Positions 1 through 13,666 of a stretch of 64,000 nt of DNA are shown piece by piece. Where the stretch lies: contig NC_134482.1 in assembly GCF_964194025.1 (NCBI RefSeq), forward strand, positions 1,178,001-1,242,000. The letters run 5' to 3'. Every line of letters begins with the position of its first letter. Positions within the stretch are counted from its first letter, which is position 1. The DNA comes from Convolutriloba macropyga (taxonomy: Eukaryota). Under the pieces are notes generated by a model. It was given only the letters and a program-made list of their open reading frames with translations, was not told the DNA's origin and searched no databases. The position numbers were made by a program, and so were the translations under genes.

Positions 1-3000
1 GTACTATGAGACCTAATAAAAGTGAAGCCCGTCTGCTGGCGTTGCTGAGGTCAATCTATCTGGTGAAAAATATTGCATTTATATTCTAATTTCGTGACTA
101 CGAGCAAAGAACTACGAGGCATCAGTGAAGTTGGTCTGGTCCAGTATCGTGGTCTCTCTCTGATCCACAAAGCTAAAAAGATTGTTTATGAGGGCGTAGA
201 GCAAGGGCTTGTCCACATCTTTATAAAAAAGGCAGGAAGTGAAGCGATGGTGTCAATATTAAAACAAATTTGTTGACTACAATACAGTCGTGCATGTAAT
301 CTCAAAAATTGCAAAATTGTGCGTGCCCTCAGTTACTCTATGCGTCGAGTTCTTCAAAAATTTTGTTTGTAACCAGAAAATCTTGATTCGAGTTGTTTTT
401 GTTTTTCTCACTTAATATGTTGGTTTCATTCATATTCATACATTCAAACCACTTTTTCAGCGTTTGCTTTAAATTTTTTCCTCTGATGTCCAGCAATAGA
501 ATTTTTGGACCCAACAGACCAATATCGGCAATGGTCGCTAATTCCAAACCGCAGTCCTTGTGAACACAAATTGATTTTTCCTTCCGTTTATGTAACGACC
601 CAGCAAGTTTTTTCTATTTGCGTCTTTTTCACGTCGTCTTTGATTTTTGAAAAAAACTTGTTCCGAACGAAAGGGTTGTCTGCTGTTTTAATGGGAATAG
701 AAAACATCAGCGGGCAATACACAGTAAAAGTGTTCCAGTTTTTTAGCAGCCCATGGATTGCAGCCTTAAATGCAAAGTTATATCTGGTGAACAGGAGTGA
801 AAACTTCGTTTTTAAAACAAATTAAAAAAGAAAAATGAATTCAACTTTACAAAAGTTTATCATCTCAGTTTTGTGTCATTTGTATTGGTTGGTCCGATTC
901 AAGGAAGAAAAATCAGCAAATTCGTATGAACAATGCTAATGAACTTGAAACTCATTTGTTTTTGTGCCGTGTTCTAGTTGCTGATTTTCCAATAGTGATT
1001 CAGAAGCAAAAACTTACAATTGTATTCATAGCTAATTTTATTTAATAGAAGAGGGTGAACGGCCGTGATGTTCATTTGTTCGGATGAAATTTAAGATAAT
1101 TTGATTTGTTTGTTGTTGAAACTTGCGTGAAGTGGATCAAAGTTTTTGAAAACTTAAAAACCAAATGTAAATTAAATGTAACAGGAAAAAGTAATAATGG
1201 TGTAAACTATCTGTTTCACTTGCAAGTAGGTTGTTCCTGAATTTGTGTTTAGAAAAATTTAGCAAAGTGCTAGCATAAAAAAGTATGTTGACCTTTATAT
1301 GTTTAACGCTTATTAAGTTATGTTTACTGTTTTCCAAAACTGTCAGCTGACGACTCCAATGCAGAAACACTAGTGGGCTTGGTAGGCAAAAAATGTCACT
1401 TGCTTCATGACAAGCCTAAAAATTACATAAAAATGTAAAGATTCGAATTTGAGGAGACGTCATTTCTATTTCTGTTGCACAAACGCACATTTTAATGAAG
1501 CTGATGGCTTTAAAATTTTTTTTGAATTCATTAGACACAACTCTAGGCACGTTGTTTTTTAAAATCCCCGCCTTCTTAGAGTCGCTTTTGAAAGCACAAG
1601 TTTTTGATAATGATTATAGCCTAAAGTTTTTAAGTGACACCTTCATTCTGAAAGATGGTACCCTGCTTAGGTTCTTGCGTTGCCGTCCTGACTTCTATAT
1701 GAACAAGTGTTCAGAGTTGCGCATTGAATTGAGAAGTTTCACGGAAAGTTGGAGAAAATCTAACTGCATAGAATTTGGGGTATTTTTCAGTAGGAATCTA
1801 AATATCTAACCTGTTGAAAACATTTCCCATGGTGTCCTTGATGATTCCAAATGCCCGAGTCCCAGGGATCAGGCAAGTGTGTTTTCTCATGTGGGGTTTT
1901 TGTTGTAAGTGAAATAGAACTACGTAAGTCCAAAGAACACAACCAGATTGCTGCCAAAATTAAATGGACTTCGCGCAGTGGAATCTTGTCTGCAGCAATT
2001 TCAAGGTTCTCTTTACGAGAGTTAACCAGCTGTCTGTTCGATAGCAAGTGGTCAATAAACGCCAATTGTCATATTTGCAAAAAACACAATCAAACTGTTG
2101 GAAATATTAAATGGGCTTCTAGAGGGCAGTAGGGTCATGTCTGCAGCAAAATAGAGGTCCTCTTTACGCGTAATAACCAGGTGTTTGTCTGTTAGCAATG
2201 ACTTAATAAACACGCTTTGTCATATTTGCTATATATTAGGCTTTATATTTCTCTCTAGCCAGATTTTTGATCTTCATGAGCACCAACAGAGAGGTCACAA
2301 TTGAGTAGTTTTCTGTTCAAGGTTTATCGGTGCGCTCAATTGTGCATTTAATTGCATTTAATTTTTCATTCTTTATTCCGCCGTTGCTCTCTGCTCAGGA
2401 TTTAGATTTCAACATTTTATCTTCATCATCAATCTTTCTTGTTAGAATGTGAATCACGTTTGAAAACCGAACTCAAGAAAACCGTTTCCACGCGATTGTT
2501 GTACAGAGGAAAGCTACTTTGGAGAGGCAAATCATACTTACACTTCGTGCCAGTTGCTGTTTATCTGAATAGTTATGTAACAAAATGGATATCTTTTCGA
2601 ACGCTTTTCCTGTTTTGGCACATTTTGAATGCGGAGTTTTTTCTAATATCCCATGTTTGACGGAAAAGAAACAGTCAGCAATCACATGTATATACTTCCT
2701 CTAAAAATTTGAAAGCTATGACCTCTTTCATTATATGAATTCAGTTTTTATGGTGATAGTCATTTCTCCTCCAATAATTTAAGCTCTGTTTTGATTAAAT
2801 TATGATTTTTTTTTCTGGCAGAAGTAATTATTTCTGGCAATAATTGTCTTAAGCTAATTGTGCAAGTGCTTTCGGCTATTAGAATAAAGTTATTTCCCAA
2901 ATCTTATGCAAAAAACATCAGTATTTTGATGACATTTAAGGTTTCCGCACACGTGATCTCACCAAAAAAAGTTTATCGCAATTTGACCAAAGGCTTCAAT

Positions 3001-3389
3001 GTATGAGCCGTCCAAAATTAGGAGCAAATCCACTCTCCTTTTTTGGTATCTCCGACTTTACCTTGATTGTCAGTTTCCACTTTAAAAATTTTTATTTTCT
3101 TAAGTTTCTTGTGTAAGTGTAATTGTAAGTGCTCATAAGTATAACGCTTCCTGTATAACGTAATGCATATCCACAGTTATTGAATGTTGTTGATTGTACC
3201 TCTCAATAGGTTTCATCTTCTACAACTTTTTGAAGTTTTTTGGAATTTCTCGATGTAAATATTCTAATATCCCCAATTTTCCTTTTCTTGTCACAGATGA
3301 AATTTTCGTTGTTGTACTGACACAATGACGGACGGGTTAAACGCTTGAGTAAAGTATGAGTGCATGGGATTCATTTCAAACAAAACAGG

Positions 3390-3810
3390 TGATCTATCAT
3401 CACCAATGTAATTATTTTGACCGATTATCGTAATTTTTTGGAATCAAATTTGTTTATCCAAGTTTAATAATTTAGTTCATTTCAAACCTAAATGAAGACA
3501 TCCACAGGTTATTTTTTAGGCTGCAATTCGCATTTCTACTCAACAGTGACTGTACGAGAGTGAGTAATATAAACGTTTGTCGTAGAATATGTCTTTTGTT
3601 CTTTATAGTAGCAGATTGAAGATCCAATCGGTGCACAAATTTGTAGTTTACAAGCTTGTTTTACATTGGCATAGATTTTGTTTAGTTTAACTGCAAATCT
3701 GTTTCTCATTTTTATATCGCACCGGTTGAGTGATATTTCAGGGATAGTGCAAAATATTGCACCGAAAAAAATGTTCTTGCTTGTCAATTGAATGGATATC
3801 ATTGTTCGTT
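3390..3810 (-). pseudogene. Decayed TARG1/OARD1(Poa1p)-like macrodomain, copy 2
   Basis: Frameshift-corrected translation FFRCNILHYP*NITQP..CDIKMRNRFAVKLNKIYANVKQACKL...RIA.PK..CGCLHLGLK*TKLLNL...KITII follows the TARG1 pattern GDLF..LAHCIS.D..M..G.A..F....MPRIGCGLD.L.W......ITV; contains stops and frameshifts. Confidence 0.45.
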
Positions 3811-3949
3811 TGCGGTTCTGTCTCAAAAATGGGGAGTTTCGTGCAATACTTGATATGCCAATCTCGCCATGTCCTTCTTCGTTCTTTTTGATGGTTCTTT
3901 TTGTCGATTCTTTTTTGCAATCCATTTTTTTCTATTCAAACGTAACAAG

Positions 3950-4420
3950 TGATCTATCATCACCAATGTAATCATCATTACCGATTATCATAAGTTTTAT
4001 ACTGTCAGTTTTTCAAATTTAAATTTTATATTTTGGTTGAATTCTTTTGTACAATCCATCAGTTAGTGCAGTTTTTTTTATTATCTTTTAAATCATCAAA
4101 ATTAGATGAAGACATTCAGGTGTTACTTTAGGCTGCGATTCGCGTTTCTACTATACTGATACTGTACTAGATTTAGTAACATAAAAATTTGTCATAGAGT
4201 TTATCTTTTATTTTTTGGAGTAGCAGAGATTGAAGATCCAATTGGCGCACAACTGTTTAGTTTACAAGCTTGTTTTATATTGGCACAGTTTTTGTAGAAC
4301 TTTACTGCTAATATTTTTCTCATACTCATATCGAACATTGAGCGATATTTCAGGGATTGTGCAAATTATTGCATTGAAAAAAATTTGTTTTGCTTTTCAA
4401 TTGTATGGATTCCATAGTTC
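3950..4420 (-). pseudogene. Decayed TARG1/OARD1-like macrodomain, copy 1 (tandem paralog of 3390-3810)
   Basis: Clear nucleotide similarity to 3390-3900 (e.g. shared gattgaagatccaat, tttacaagcttgtttta, gatatttcagggat); translation NFFQCNNLHNP*NIAQC..DMSMRKILAVKFYKNCANIKQACKL..APIGSSI...RIAA. Confidence 0.4.
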
Positions 4421-4664
4421 GTTTGCTTTTTTGCTGTTCAGCTTCAACTATGGAGGGTTTTGTGAATTGTTCGATATTTCAATTTTGCCAGGTCCGTCTT
4501 CGCTTTTTGATGGTTCGTCGCGATAATTTTCTTTTGCCATCCGTTTCTCTAGATAACCTTTTTTGGCGTTGTGGACGTATTTTTTCCATGAAAATTTATT
4601 GCAATATTTCGGATTGTTGACTTCTTCTCATTCCTGTTCTAGGATTATAGATAATTTCCCCTAT

Positions 4665-4812
4665 NNNNNNNNNNNNNNNNNNNNNNNNNNNNNNNNNNNN
4701 NNNNNNNNNNNNNNNNNNNNNNNNNNNNNNNNNNNNNNNNNNNNNNNNNNNNNNNNNNNNNNNNNNNNNNNNNNNNNNNNNNNNNNNNNNNNNNNNNNNN
4801 NNNNNNNNNNNN
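4665..4812. other. Assembly gap (148 N)
   Basis: Run of N. Confidence 1.
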
Positions 4813-4849
4813 TGAAGCCAACAAAACCGCTCGTAATTCTCGTTGATGA

Positions 4850-6700
4850 ACAGTTGAAAATCGGGTGTTTGTTTTCTAAGAAATTTCTCTAGGATACAGT
4901 CTTCGAGATTATCGGCTCGCTTTTCGTTGTGTTGAATCATTTGTTTGTTGAACTGGTTATGCTCTTTTGCTTGCACAAATTTTGTGGTCGTATGCCTCTT
5001 GTTTTCCATAGGACAAAACAGGTGGCGCGATCGTTGATGCTGCTGATGACATTTCAGTTGATACAGAAGCTGCTTGTCCAATATATATCACAAAACTAAC
5101 TTTTTGCGGGTGTTAGGTCAATTTTATGTTGGCAGTGAACTATTCAAGATTCATCAATAAGTGTTCGTAGATGATCTTCTAAATGTGTTGACTCACTTCT
5201 TTATTTAATTAGGCCTTGATACGGGTAGACTTCAGCGGGTCAATATGTTTTGAATCATTGTGGACATCTTTTGGTACGATTGAGCAAGAACGAATTCTTT
5301 GTAAGCTTTGGGTAACGTTTGCTGCATTTTCGGGAAAATATAGTTTGAGTTAGCTAGAACTCTTTCAGACCGAAACAATGCTGACCAAATTAATACTGAA
5401 TTACCGGCAACGTCTGATTGCGTTCTGGATTTAGGAGCAAGTAAAATTCATTAAGTTTAGTAAATTTTGCGCTGGTTTTCTACTATACTATATCATATTA
5501 AGGTGCTAAAGATACGGAATTGTGCAAGCGTTCTATTGCTCCATGTTGTTTAATTTCATTATCTGTTCCAGATATTACTGTGAGCGTTCCAAAATTCTCA
5601 TAGTTTGTGGATCTCAGAGAATTACGTAATTCAGTCGATTTTCAAATAGTGGACATAACTCTTTCATCAGACTAGATGTAAAAATTGTTCCAATGTCAGG
5701 AACTTGTGTTTTAGATGTGAATGTGCGTGATGAAAATTGTCCTCACCATTTGTTCTAGTACTGTATCTGCTGACGCCTTCGTGGGAAAGGATAGATGGTT
5801 TCCTCCAGAAAAGTTGACTCCCGCTAGTACTTAGTTATAGATTGTCAGTTGTATGGATTTATGGATTCTTTGGGATCAACTGGCGTCATGTTTCTTGAAA
5901 AGGTTGATCCAATAATACAGCTTGTAAGTTTCGTTTATAATGTTCCTTTGCTAATTCGAATGGAAAATAGTGAAACACTTTTCTAGGGTTTCGATATGAT
6001 TCTCCTTGACCTCTGAAAACTAGAATCGTTTCCGAATTTGGATCTGCTGTTCGTGTAATTGCTCCGTGAACTGTTGTTTTTGAGTTGTGTATTCATAAGA
6101 AAAACTCTGTCAACAATTTTTGCGGTTTACAAAGTCTTTTAGGTTTTACTGTCCCATCATTGTAAAGCACCGTGCGAAGGAAAACGTCGTTCTCAATTAC
6201 TAATCCGTCAAATTGCTCATACTTTTTATTTGGTTTGTTTTTTGCAGTAGGAAGTTCCTCCATTTTGAGGTTTTCCAGCCTTTAACTGGCATTAAGTTCC
6301 AATTTCTTCAGTTTTTCTACAATTGCCGGGTCAATTTCGTCCTCTTCATTGAGTACATCGGTAACTTCCTCAGTCGTAATTAAAGAAACATCTGGTGTTT
6401 TGCCTTCAATTTATTTCAAGTTCTCCGATTGCATTTTTTCCGTATTTTGGCATGCAAACTGTGCTTCCGAGTCTGTCTGCATGCGTGGAAGAAAGTCTAC
6501 CGCTGAGTTAGCCCTTACTGAATTTTTTGCGATCACAATATTGGATGCCAAAACTCTCTAAAGCATGTTCTACAACAATTGTGTGATTGATTTTGGAAGG
6601 AAAATTGCACAAAAGCTCTGTTTACACTTGAGCAGATGAATGTTCAACAATCGTGCGCAAACAAAACTTGAATCCCCTGGGTCTTCTTATCACCTCAATT
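4850..6700 (-). mobile_element. Decayed Gypsy/Ty3 LTR-retrotransposon pol fragment (RNase H end, integrase)
   Basis: RNase H C-terminus RVLASNIVIAKNSVRANSAVDFLPRMQTD (~6480-6560); LVIENDVFLRTVLYNDG (~6150-6200); integrase core PDIGTIFTSSLMKELCPLFENRLNYVIL*DPQTMRILERS (5581-5700); post-integrase IWSALFRSERVLANSNYI (~5340-5390). Many stops and frameshifts; no LTR located. Confidence 0.85.
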
Positions 6701-7059
6701 ATTGTTCTTTACCTAGTCCTCTTCCATCAGTAGAATTCCAATTCTGTGCTAAATAGCTTCAACAAACCTTACATAATAGGTTAAAATCCAGAAGCATTCG
6801 AGATTTAATTCAAGGTTACCATCTTATAGTATATTTTGTCTCAATGGTCATGAGATGGCCCTAATTTGTGTTCGTTTCAAAGGTTGTTTTACCCTGTAGA
6901 TACTTCATCTTTTTCAGCATTAATTTGTTTGTTTTGTTTTTGAGCTTTGTAGTAAAGCTTTCTTTTCATCAACTTTTTATTTTATTTCTTCGATTTTTTT
7001 CTACTCCGTTGGGCATAAATAAAAAAAACGTTGAAGTTGAAGTATAAGATCAAACGCAA

Positions 7060-7730
7060 AAAAAAAGATTTGTGTTTATAGTAAACTGTTCTTGTACATG
7101 TTTGTTTGAAATTTTGTCTACCCCAACAAAGTTGCCTGAGGCATATATATTTACATGTAATGAAAGCAGTTCCATCTATATTGGCCAAAACAGTCGACTT
7201 GTCACCACTGGAATTTCGGAACATCAAAAGAAACATCCCGCTTGGGACCACAGCTCGTTGAATGTTGTTGTACAACGTATAATCTTAAATTGGACATTCT
7301 TGATTCATGTTGCTGTGTGAAAACTAATGACAATAGAAGTGATCTATATCAAAAAGTTGAAACACGCATTAAGTACCTGCAACAAAAACTGGGGGCGGGC
7401 AGCAACATTAAATTATTAGTTCAAATGCAAAACTTTGAAATTCATTTTCATTCAAGATATCGTTTTATAGGTTAACTCAAAATTTTTTTAAACCCAACAA
7501 GTGAAAGTTAACAACAGATAGCAACCAGAGTGAAAACCCTTTTCAAGAAAAAAATCAAAATTTTGTTATATTATATCATTTTGAACAATTCGATAGTTAT
7601 AGTCAGTGACAAGTATATATTATATTCTTTGTAAAAATTTTTATTCGATTGTTAATCAGTTTTAGTTAAACCTGACAAGGTACGAAATGTTGAAAAACGT
7701 TCGTGCTTTTAAAAATCAAATTAGTGTTTA
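7060..7730 (+). mobile_element. Penelope-like element 3' fragment (GIY-YIG endonuclease, 3' UTR)
   Basis: AYIFTCNESSSIYIGQNSRLVTTGISEHQK and KLMTIEVIYIKKLK; similar to the intronic Penelope at 28.6-31.3 kb; degenerate hammerhead-like motif at 7668-7705. Confidence 0.8.
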
Positions 7731-8319
7731 ATTGACAATTTCTCTTTCTCTGCAAAAACTATTAAGTATACTAAATCCTTGATCTTGAATTTAAACGTTT
7801 TTTTTTTAAAATTCTATACTTTTTTGTGATTCTCACTCGACCGTTTTGATATGTGAATATCGAATTGAGCATACAAACTACTGATTACAAGAGATTGGCT
7901 GGCTCAATTTCAATGTTTCAGTAGAACGCAAGCTAGAAAAACTATCGCTGAGATTACAGGTAAAACTATTCGGCAGCTAAAATATATTTTTAAAACACTG
8001 CAAAAAAACCCGTAAAATCAAGTAACCAATACACCGATTACCTTAAACCTTCTGACTTTATTAAAACTTTGAAGGACTTGTCGTTAAAAAAAGTCCAGTA
8101 AACTCCAATGCTATTATTTCAGTGCACGACTGTTTATGTTCATTTATTTTATCTTAGAAAAACACATCGACGAGAAAATTTTTTTGTCTGGACAATTTTA
8201 AAAACTACATCTTTTGTTGACGTTAAAAAGCCGTTGGGTTAATTCTTTCGTGAGATAAGTGAGACAATATAGTCAAACGTTGTGATAAAATTTTGTTATA
8301 AGTTTTTCACAACAATTTC

Positions 8320-11300
8320 TTGTGATAAACTTATTAAATAGCTCCAGTTGTTTAATTATTTTTTTCAGAGTAACTGAAAATGAAACATCAAGACGAGATG
8401 GTTCATACTAGAAATAGCTCTGCAACAATTTTGGGCAAGACAAAGGGGGCAGCAATAAATTTGCGGAGTGTACTGGGCCAGGAGTTGCTGGGAGAGTCTT
8501 CGTCATCTGGACAAACATCTGGATGCCGACAATCATCCCCAAAAACCTTTTCAAAAGCCCCTTCCTATGTGGTTTCTTCGATAACCACAAAGTGGAAATG
8601 AAACGTTGCCCCGGTTGCTCTGCTGTAGAAGTTGTGTATTTAGATAAAGAGGCTTACAGCATTGAGCAGTACCGGCGCAGGGAAACATGCAGAACTTTGG
8701 TGTGAATGAAGCGACGGGTGAGATCGTCTTTGCAAAGGTTTTGAGTGTAGCTGAGAACTCCGGTGTTATTGTGACTTTCAATAATGTTCGTAGACGTGCT
8801 TACCAAGTGGAGATAAAGGCCTAATCCCATAATTTCCAATATTTTAAGACGTGATATAAAACATCAGTTAATGAAAACAATGATTTTTAAAAAAACTAAA
8901 GTAAATTTTAATGCTGACCTGACCGCAATTTGTGCCAAGATAACTTTTGAATCGAGACAGGGGGAAAATGTTGGAAATTTTCTCACGGTTTATCTTATTA
9001 TTTTCTTTATATGGGACAGTGGAAAAATGGTGTTCAGAAATCTGTACAGCTCTCAAAAATGAGATGATGAGCTGTGCTCTGATGTGATATCTGCTGTATC
9101 AATTTGTGAGTTTACAATGCTGTATGCTGAACTTTTTTGAGACACTACAGTAACATTGAGCACAATGCTGGCCCAGAAAAAGAAAAAACATTTGCAGTGT
9201 CGGAGAAATGTAAACAAAAAACACCCATTGCTCATTTTAACTTTCACGACGTATAAAAAGAAGGTATACAACTGAAGACGTTTTTGCAGTAAGATGGGAA
9301 AAACGCCAAATTGGGTACATCAGAATGTTGATTGAAAGCCGATGATAAAGCGGCCTTTTTGGAATATAGCTCTCAATACTCAAAAAATTTTTAGACAAAA
9401 TTGAAAAGCAACAATTTCAAATAATAAAGGAGTAGTGTAACGCTTTTTCTATTTTGCTCCGAAAGAACGTGAGGATTTAAAACTGCTTGATCAATCAAAA
9501 GAGAACTCCTATTGGGTTATATGGTGATGCAATTTTTCCTAACAACTGCAAGTGTAAAACACTTTGAATATGTCATGCAAATTCCTCATGTTATATCAGA
9601 ATAAGTTCCTTGAGCAATGATTGATCAACTAATATAGACAATTCGTTTCTTTTCTATCAACCTATTGAGTGATTATAAAATAAAAAAATCTGCGTAATTA
9701 ACTCTGGACCCTGTTGTTCTACCCTACTTTTTCAAAAAAGCTCGTCCATATCTACCTACGTGTTTATAAAGACAAAGAAAAATCATATAGATCACACTTT
9801 AATTGTAGCCGAAGAGAAAAGCTTTGTATTTGACAGTTCTTTGAAAATCGATCACTTTGTATTGTTTACCGGAGTATGTGTTGTTTACAGGAGAATAAAA
9901 AAAGAATTATATCAGGACGATTCTTTAGGAAAAAAATAATAATGAAATCAGATATGCAATGTTTCAAAGTATATGAATTTTCAACTGACAATGATGCTAT
10001 ATTTGTTACGTTTGTTTAATTTCTCTCCGGTGCAGTGGAAAACATGCACTTCGTAGAAAGATATTTAGGTTTTTTTAAAGAAAAGAACCCCAAAACTGTT
10101 AAAAAATTGTTGTTTAACGAGGAATGCGAAAGTTTACCGCGTAAAAGTCACACAGCGACTGAAAAATTTTGTCTGAATTCATTGCCACAAAATCAATCAC
10201 TGTGCAGTAAGCTTCAAAACAAGTTTTCAAAAACATTGAAAAATAGAATAAGCTCTCCTGGAACTGTCTCTTCCATCTTTGTACTGCTGAAGAACTGGAG
10301 CTTTATCAAAAATGATAGGGGGCATTTGATCAATCTGTATATTCTACTGGAGTAAAGAAGTCCTTACATGATATGATTGCTGACGACAAAAAATAGCGTA
10401 AATTGTCCAATTTTCAAAACCTAGGGTAATATTTTTGTAGAAATGAAGAAACGCCATATTTTGATGTTGGCTACTCAATGTTTAATTTATTGGCCAAAAA
10501 CGAAAAAAAATTCCATATCATCAGAGAGTTGAACCCAAGCAAGCGCATAGGTTCTTCTAAAGTACTCCTCGGTCTATTTAAAATGATATGTAAATTTTAG
10601 CCCCCCACCTGGGTTATAAATCAATTCTTTAACGACTGTGTTGTTTCTACGACGCTCAAAATAGCTGTCATAAAACCTACCTATAAAATTTATGAGATAT
10701 TGGACCCTGTAAACTATTTTCTATCACGATAGCTATTTCGTTTTCAAAATCGTTAGAAAAGAATGCATAAACAAACCAAAATTCATACTGAGAGTAGGAA
10801 ATTATTATTGCTGCCTCAATTTGGATATCAACGTACGGTTTAAGCACAAGCTGGTATTCCGTTTTTCATAGAACTAGTCCACATGATAATTTTGTTCATA
10901 CCGTTTTTCTCGATTTGTCTAAAACTTTCAGTTCACTATCGCACCAAATCTTTTGAGATAATTACAATCCGCACGCTTTTTAACTTCTGCTTTACAGGAC
11001 ATTAAGGGTTTTCTCAATGATCGCATATAAAAAGTTTGTGTTTATGGAGTTTTGCCAAACTTGATTGAGTAATAGCAAGGTATTCCTCAGGGGACCGTTT
11101 AAGGGCCGCTTTTTTCAATTCAGATACAAATGACCTCCTTGAGCAAGTCAGCGAAACTGATGATATTTTGCAGCATGCGGATGATTGTTAATTAATTTGT
11201 AGTCACAAAGTCCGGTACTTACTTAGACTTTGCAAAAAGACAATTTAAATTGGATTTTTGTTTTAGTTAGTTAAATTGAATGCCAATAAAAGTGAGTTTA

Positions 11301-11900
11301 TTAAATTATTGCGCAAAAATAATAACAGGATCAACTATTCTGCGACATTAGTTGTATATTTGTAGGAACAGCAATAACGAAGAAATTAAACCAATTAAAA
11401 CTTTTGAAACTCTACAAAATAGATTTCCCACCAGAGTTTTACTCATACTTTATTTCAATTTTGGTGCTTCAATTTTGGTGCATCCTTTAGAAACAGAGGT
11501 TAATTGGGCTTTGAAGTGTGCATTTTTTGTTCATATATCAAGTCGTCAAAAGAAATAGGAAAACGGAAAAATATAATCGGCATAGGACAGTTAATCAAGA
11601 TGAAATCCTGAACGTACATTAGTAAGAACAAAAGAACCGTTCAACAAATGCTTACATTACCTACGGACAGCTTTAGGATTAAAAAGCGCACTAACCGAAA
11701 AATTTTTGTAGGGAATGTTGCATTTGGTTTATCCTCTTCTACATCATTCTTTAATCGTATATCGATAAATTTTAGCCTTGTACCTGAGAGGTGCAAGTAC
11801 AAATTTACAAGTATTAAACGTTTGATTGATAAAATTTTGGATAGCCGAGTCAACAGCAGCTTTTATCCCACAAGACAGCATATGGCATGATTTCACCCTT
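8320..11900 (+). mobile_element. Decayed CR1/L2-type LINE (ORF1 and EN-RT ORF2)
   Basis: ORF1 motif SIEQYRRRE..FGVNEATGEIVFAKVLSVAE (~8660-8760); RT motifs VFLDLSKTF (~10900), GIPQGTV (~11080), QHADDC (~11171). Ends approximate. Confidence 0.8.
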
Positions 11901-13215
11901 CAAATGACCCGTGACCAGTTATATTTATGTGTAAAGTCTTTGCGTCCCATGCGTATTCAAAACAATATTTTGCAAAAAGTATACAGATGGCGGTGTAGAA
12001 ACTAATCATGGACTTTTAAATTGTGTTGATCGGTGAACTTTCTGTTCAAGATCAAAATATGCGTATGATGTTTATGAATATAAATGCACAAAATTCACTA
12101 AGGAGAGGTAAATTTTACAAAAATTGTTCTTCAATTATTGTTTCAATATATTTTTTGCCATTAGGGCCTCGAAGGTTTCCAAAAAAAGGACACAAGTCGA
12201 ATTTCGGATGGATCGTAATTCCACTCGAAAGAAAAGGAAGGAGCATGTATGGGGCATTTTCTTACGCATAAAATTTTCCCCTAATATCAAAAAAGAATCT
12301 TGAATTAGTCGTAATTGTAGTGATAAACTTATTAAATAGTTTCAGGGGAGCCCTCGGGCGATGCTCTGACTCATATTTTTGAGACAGTGAAGAAAAGTGT
12401 CAAAAAACAAGGCCTCCCAAATCGCAGAAAAACTCTGTCTCGACGGAAAATGACCTTGATGATAGAAACCTTCATCTTATTGAGTGCACGGGTATGGACA
12501 AGGGCAATGGATGTGTTGTATAGACACAAGTGTGGCTACCGAAGATAATCCCAAGAGACAATTTGACTCGACCATTTCAAAGTGAGTTCTGCTCAGCTAA
12601 ACAGGCAACCGAAGTTTCAAAACAAGTTTCATCGCCAACGCCGACAAATGCTTTTCATGCTGATGCGTTAGAGCAATACGATAGGAAGGATAAAATATGA
12701 AATTCAGGAGTCGTTGAAGAACACAACAAAGATGTGTACCAAAAACGTGTCGACGTGACCGAAAAAATTGTGTTACAATAGATAATACCGATATTTTCGT
12801 GTGCCATCGCCTTCCAACAAGAAGGAATGAACCCAAAAGTATAATTGTGAAATTTGTCAGGACATAAACTAAATATCTGATCATTGGAAATAAGAAGAAG
12901 CTGATAGAGATGAGCCAGCGACTCATTAATGCTGATGCAGCACCGCCAATCGGGAAGGTCATGCACTTTATCAGACGAGATGTCGCGAGTGTGACTGATG
13001 TAAATGAACAAATAATCGTGTATCTGAAATCTTCTGATAAATTTGTATTTAATAACTTTTTTGAATTATAAGAATGGGATAGCGTTTTATTTGATAAGTG
13101 TATTAACCAGCGTTTTTAAAATTGGACCCCGCAAAGGTGCAATGCGGTTCGAACTACAAAATCAGGCTGAGCAATAAATTAAAAGCTTCGGTATTTTGCA
13201 CTGACATAAGATCAC

Positions 13216-13653
13216 TGAGATACAGGACTAATTATATTCCTGAAACAGCAACCAAAAACGTCGATTACTTATCTATAAACACGGAACTCATTATTATATC
13301 TACTTACTATTTCTGTACATAACTTCACCAATTGGCGCTAACTGCTTATTTCTCGAATCCAGTTAGATTGATGTTAAAATATTATTAACATTTTGGAAAA
13401 GCGCAGACGAGATTAGTAGCGATATGATTCAGTCGCCTCTTGGCCCAATAGATATTATTGCGCACAGTAGTTTTGATACACAAACCAAAGATGACAGGAC
13501 TCACACAGATAGACATATAGAAACCTACATATACACAGATACAGATAAAACAGATTCATCCAACCAACTGGTTTGGTCCAATCCAATTCAACAATCTCTA
13601 CATCCAAGAATACTACGCCAATTGCCTTATTCAAATACGTCAAATACTTCTCA
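13216..13653 (+). repeat. 5' LTR (438 bp)
   Basis: TG...CA termini; aligns end to end with 18042-18472 (diverged, roughly 80% identical by eye). Confidence 0.92.
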
Positions 13654-13666
13654 TGGCGCAGTCAGC
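13654..13666 (+). promoter_or_regulatory. Primer-binding site (TGGCGCAGTC...)
   Basis: Starts with TGG (complement of tRNA CCA) immediately after the 5' LTR. Confidence 0.8.

Noticed and set aside
1-1900. Possible decayed minus-strand coding sequence or Polinton-like genes
   Set aside because: No recognisable motif could be reconstructed.
4563-5081. ORFs of 109 and 161 aa
   Set aside because: Artificially extended through the N gap.
8380-9300. piggyBac/DDE transposase
   Set aside because: No DDE motifs; the EQY.RR..FG motif and downstream RT identify it as LINE ORF1.
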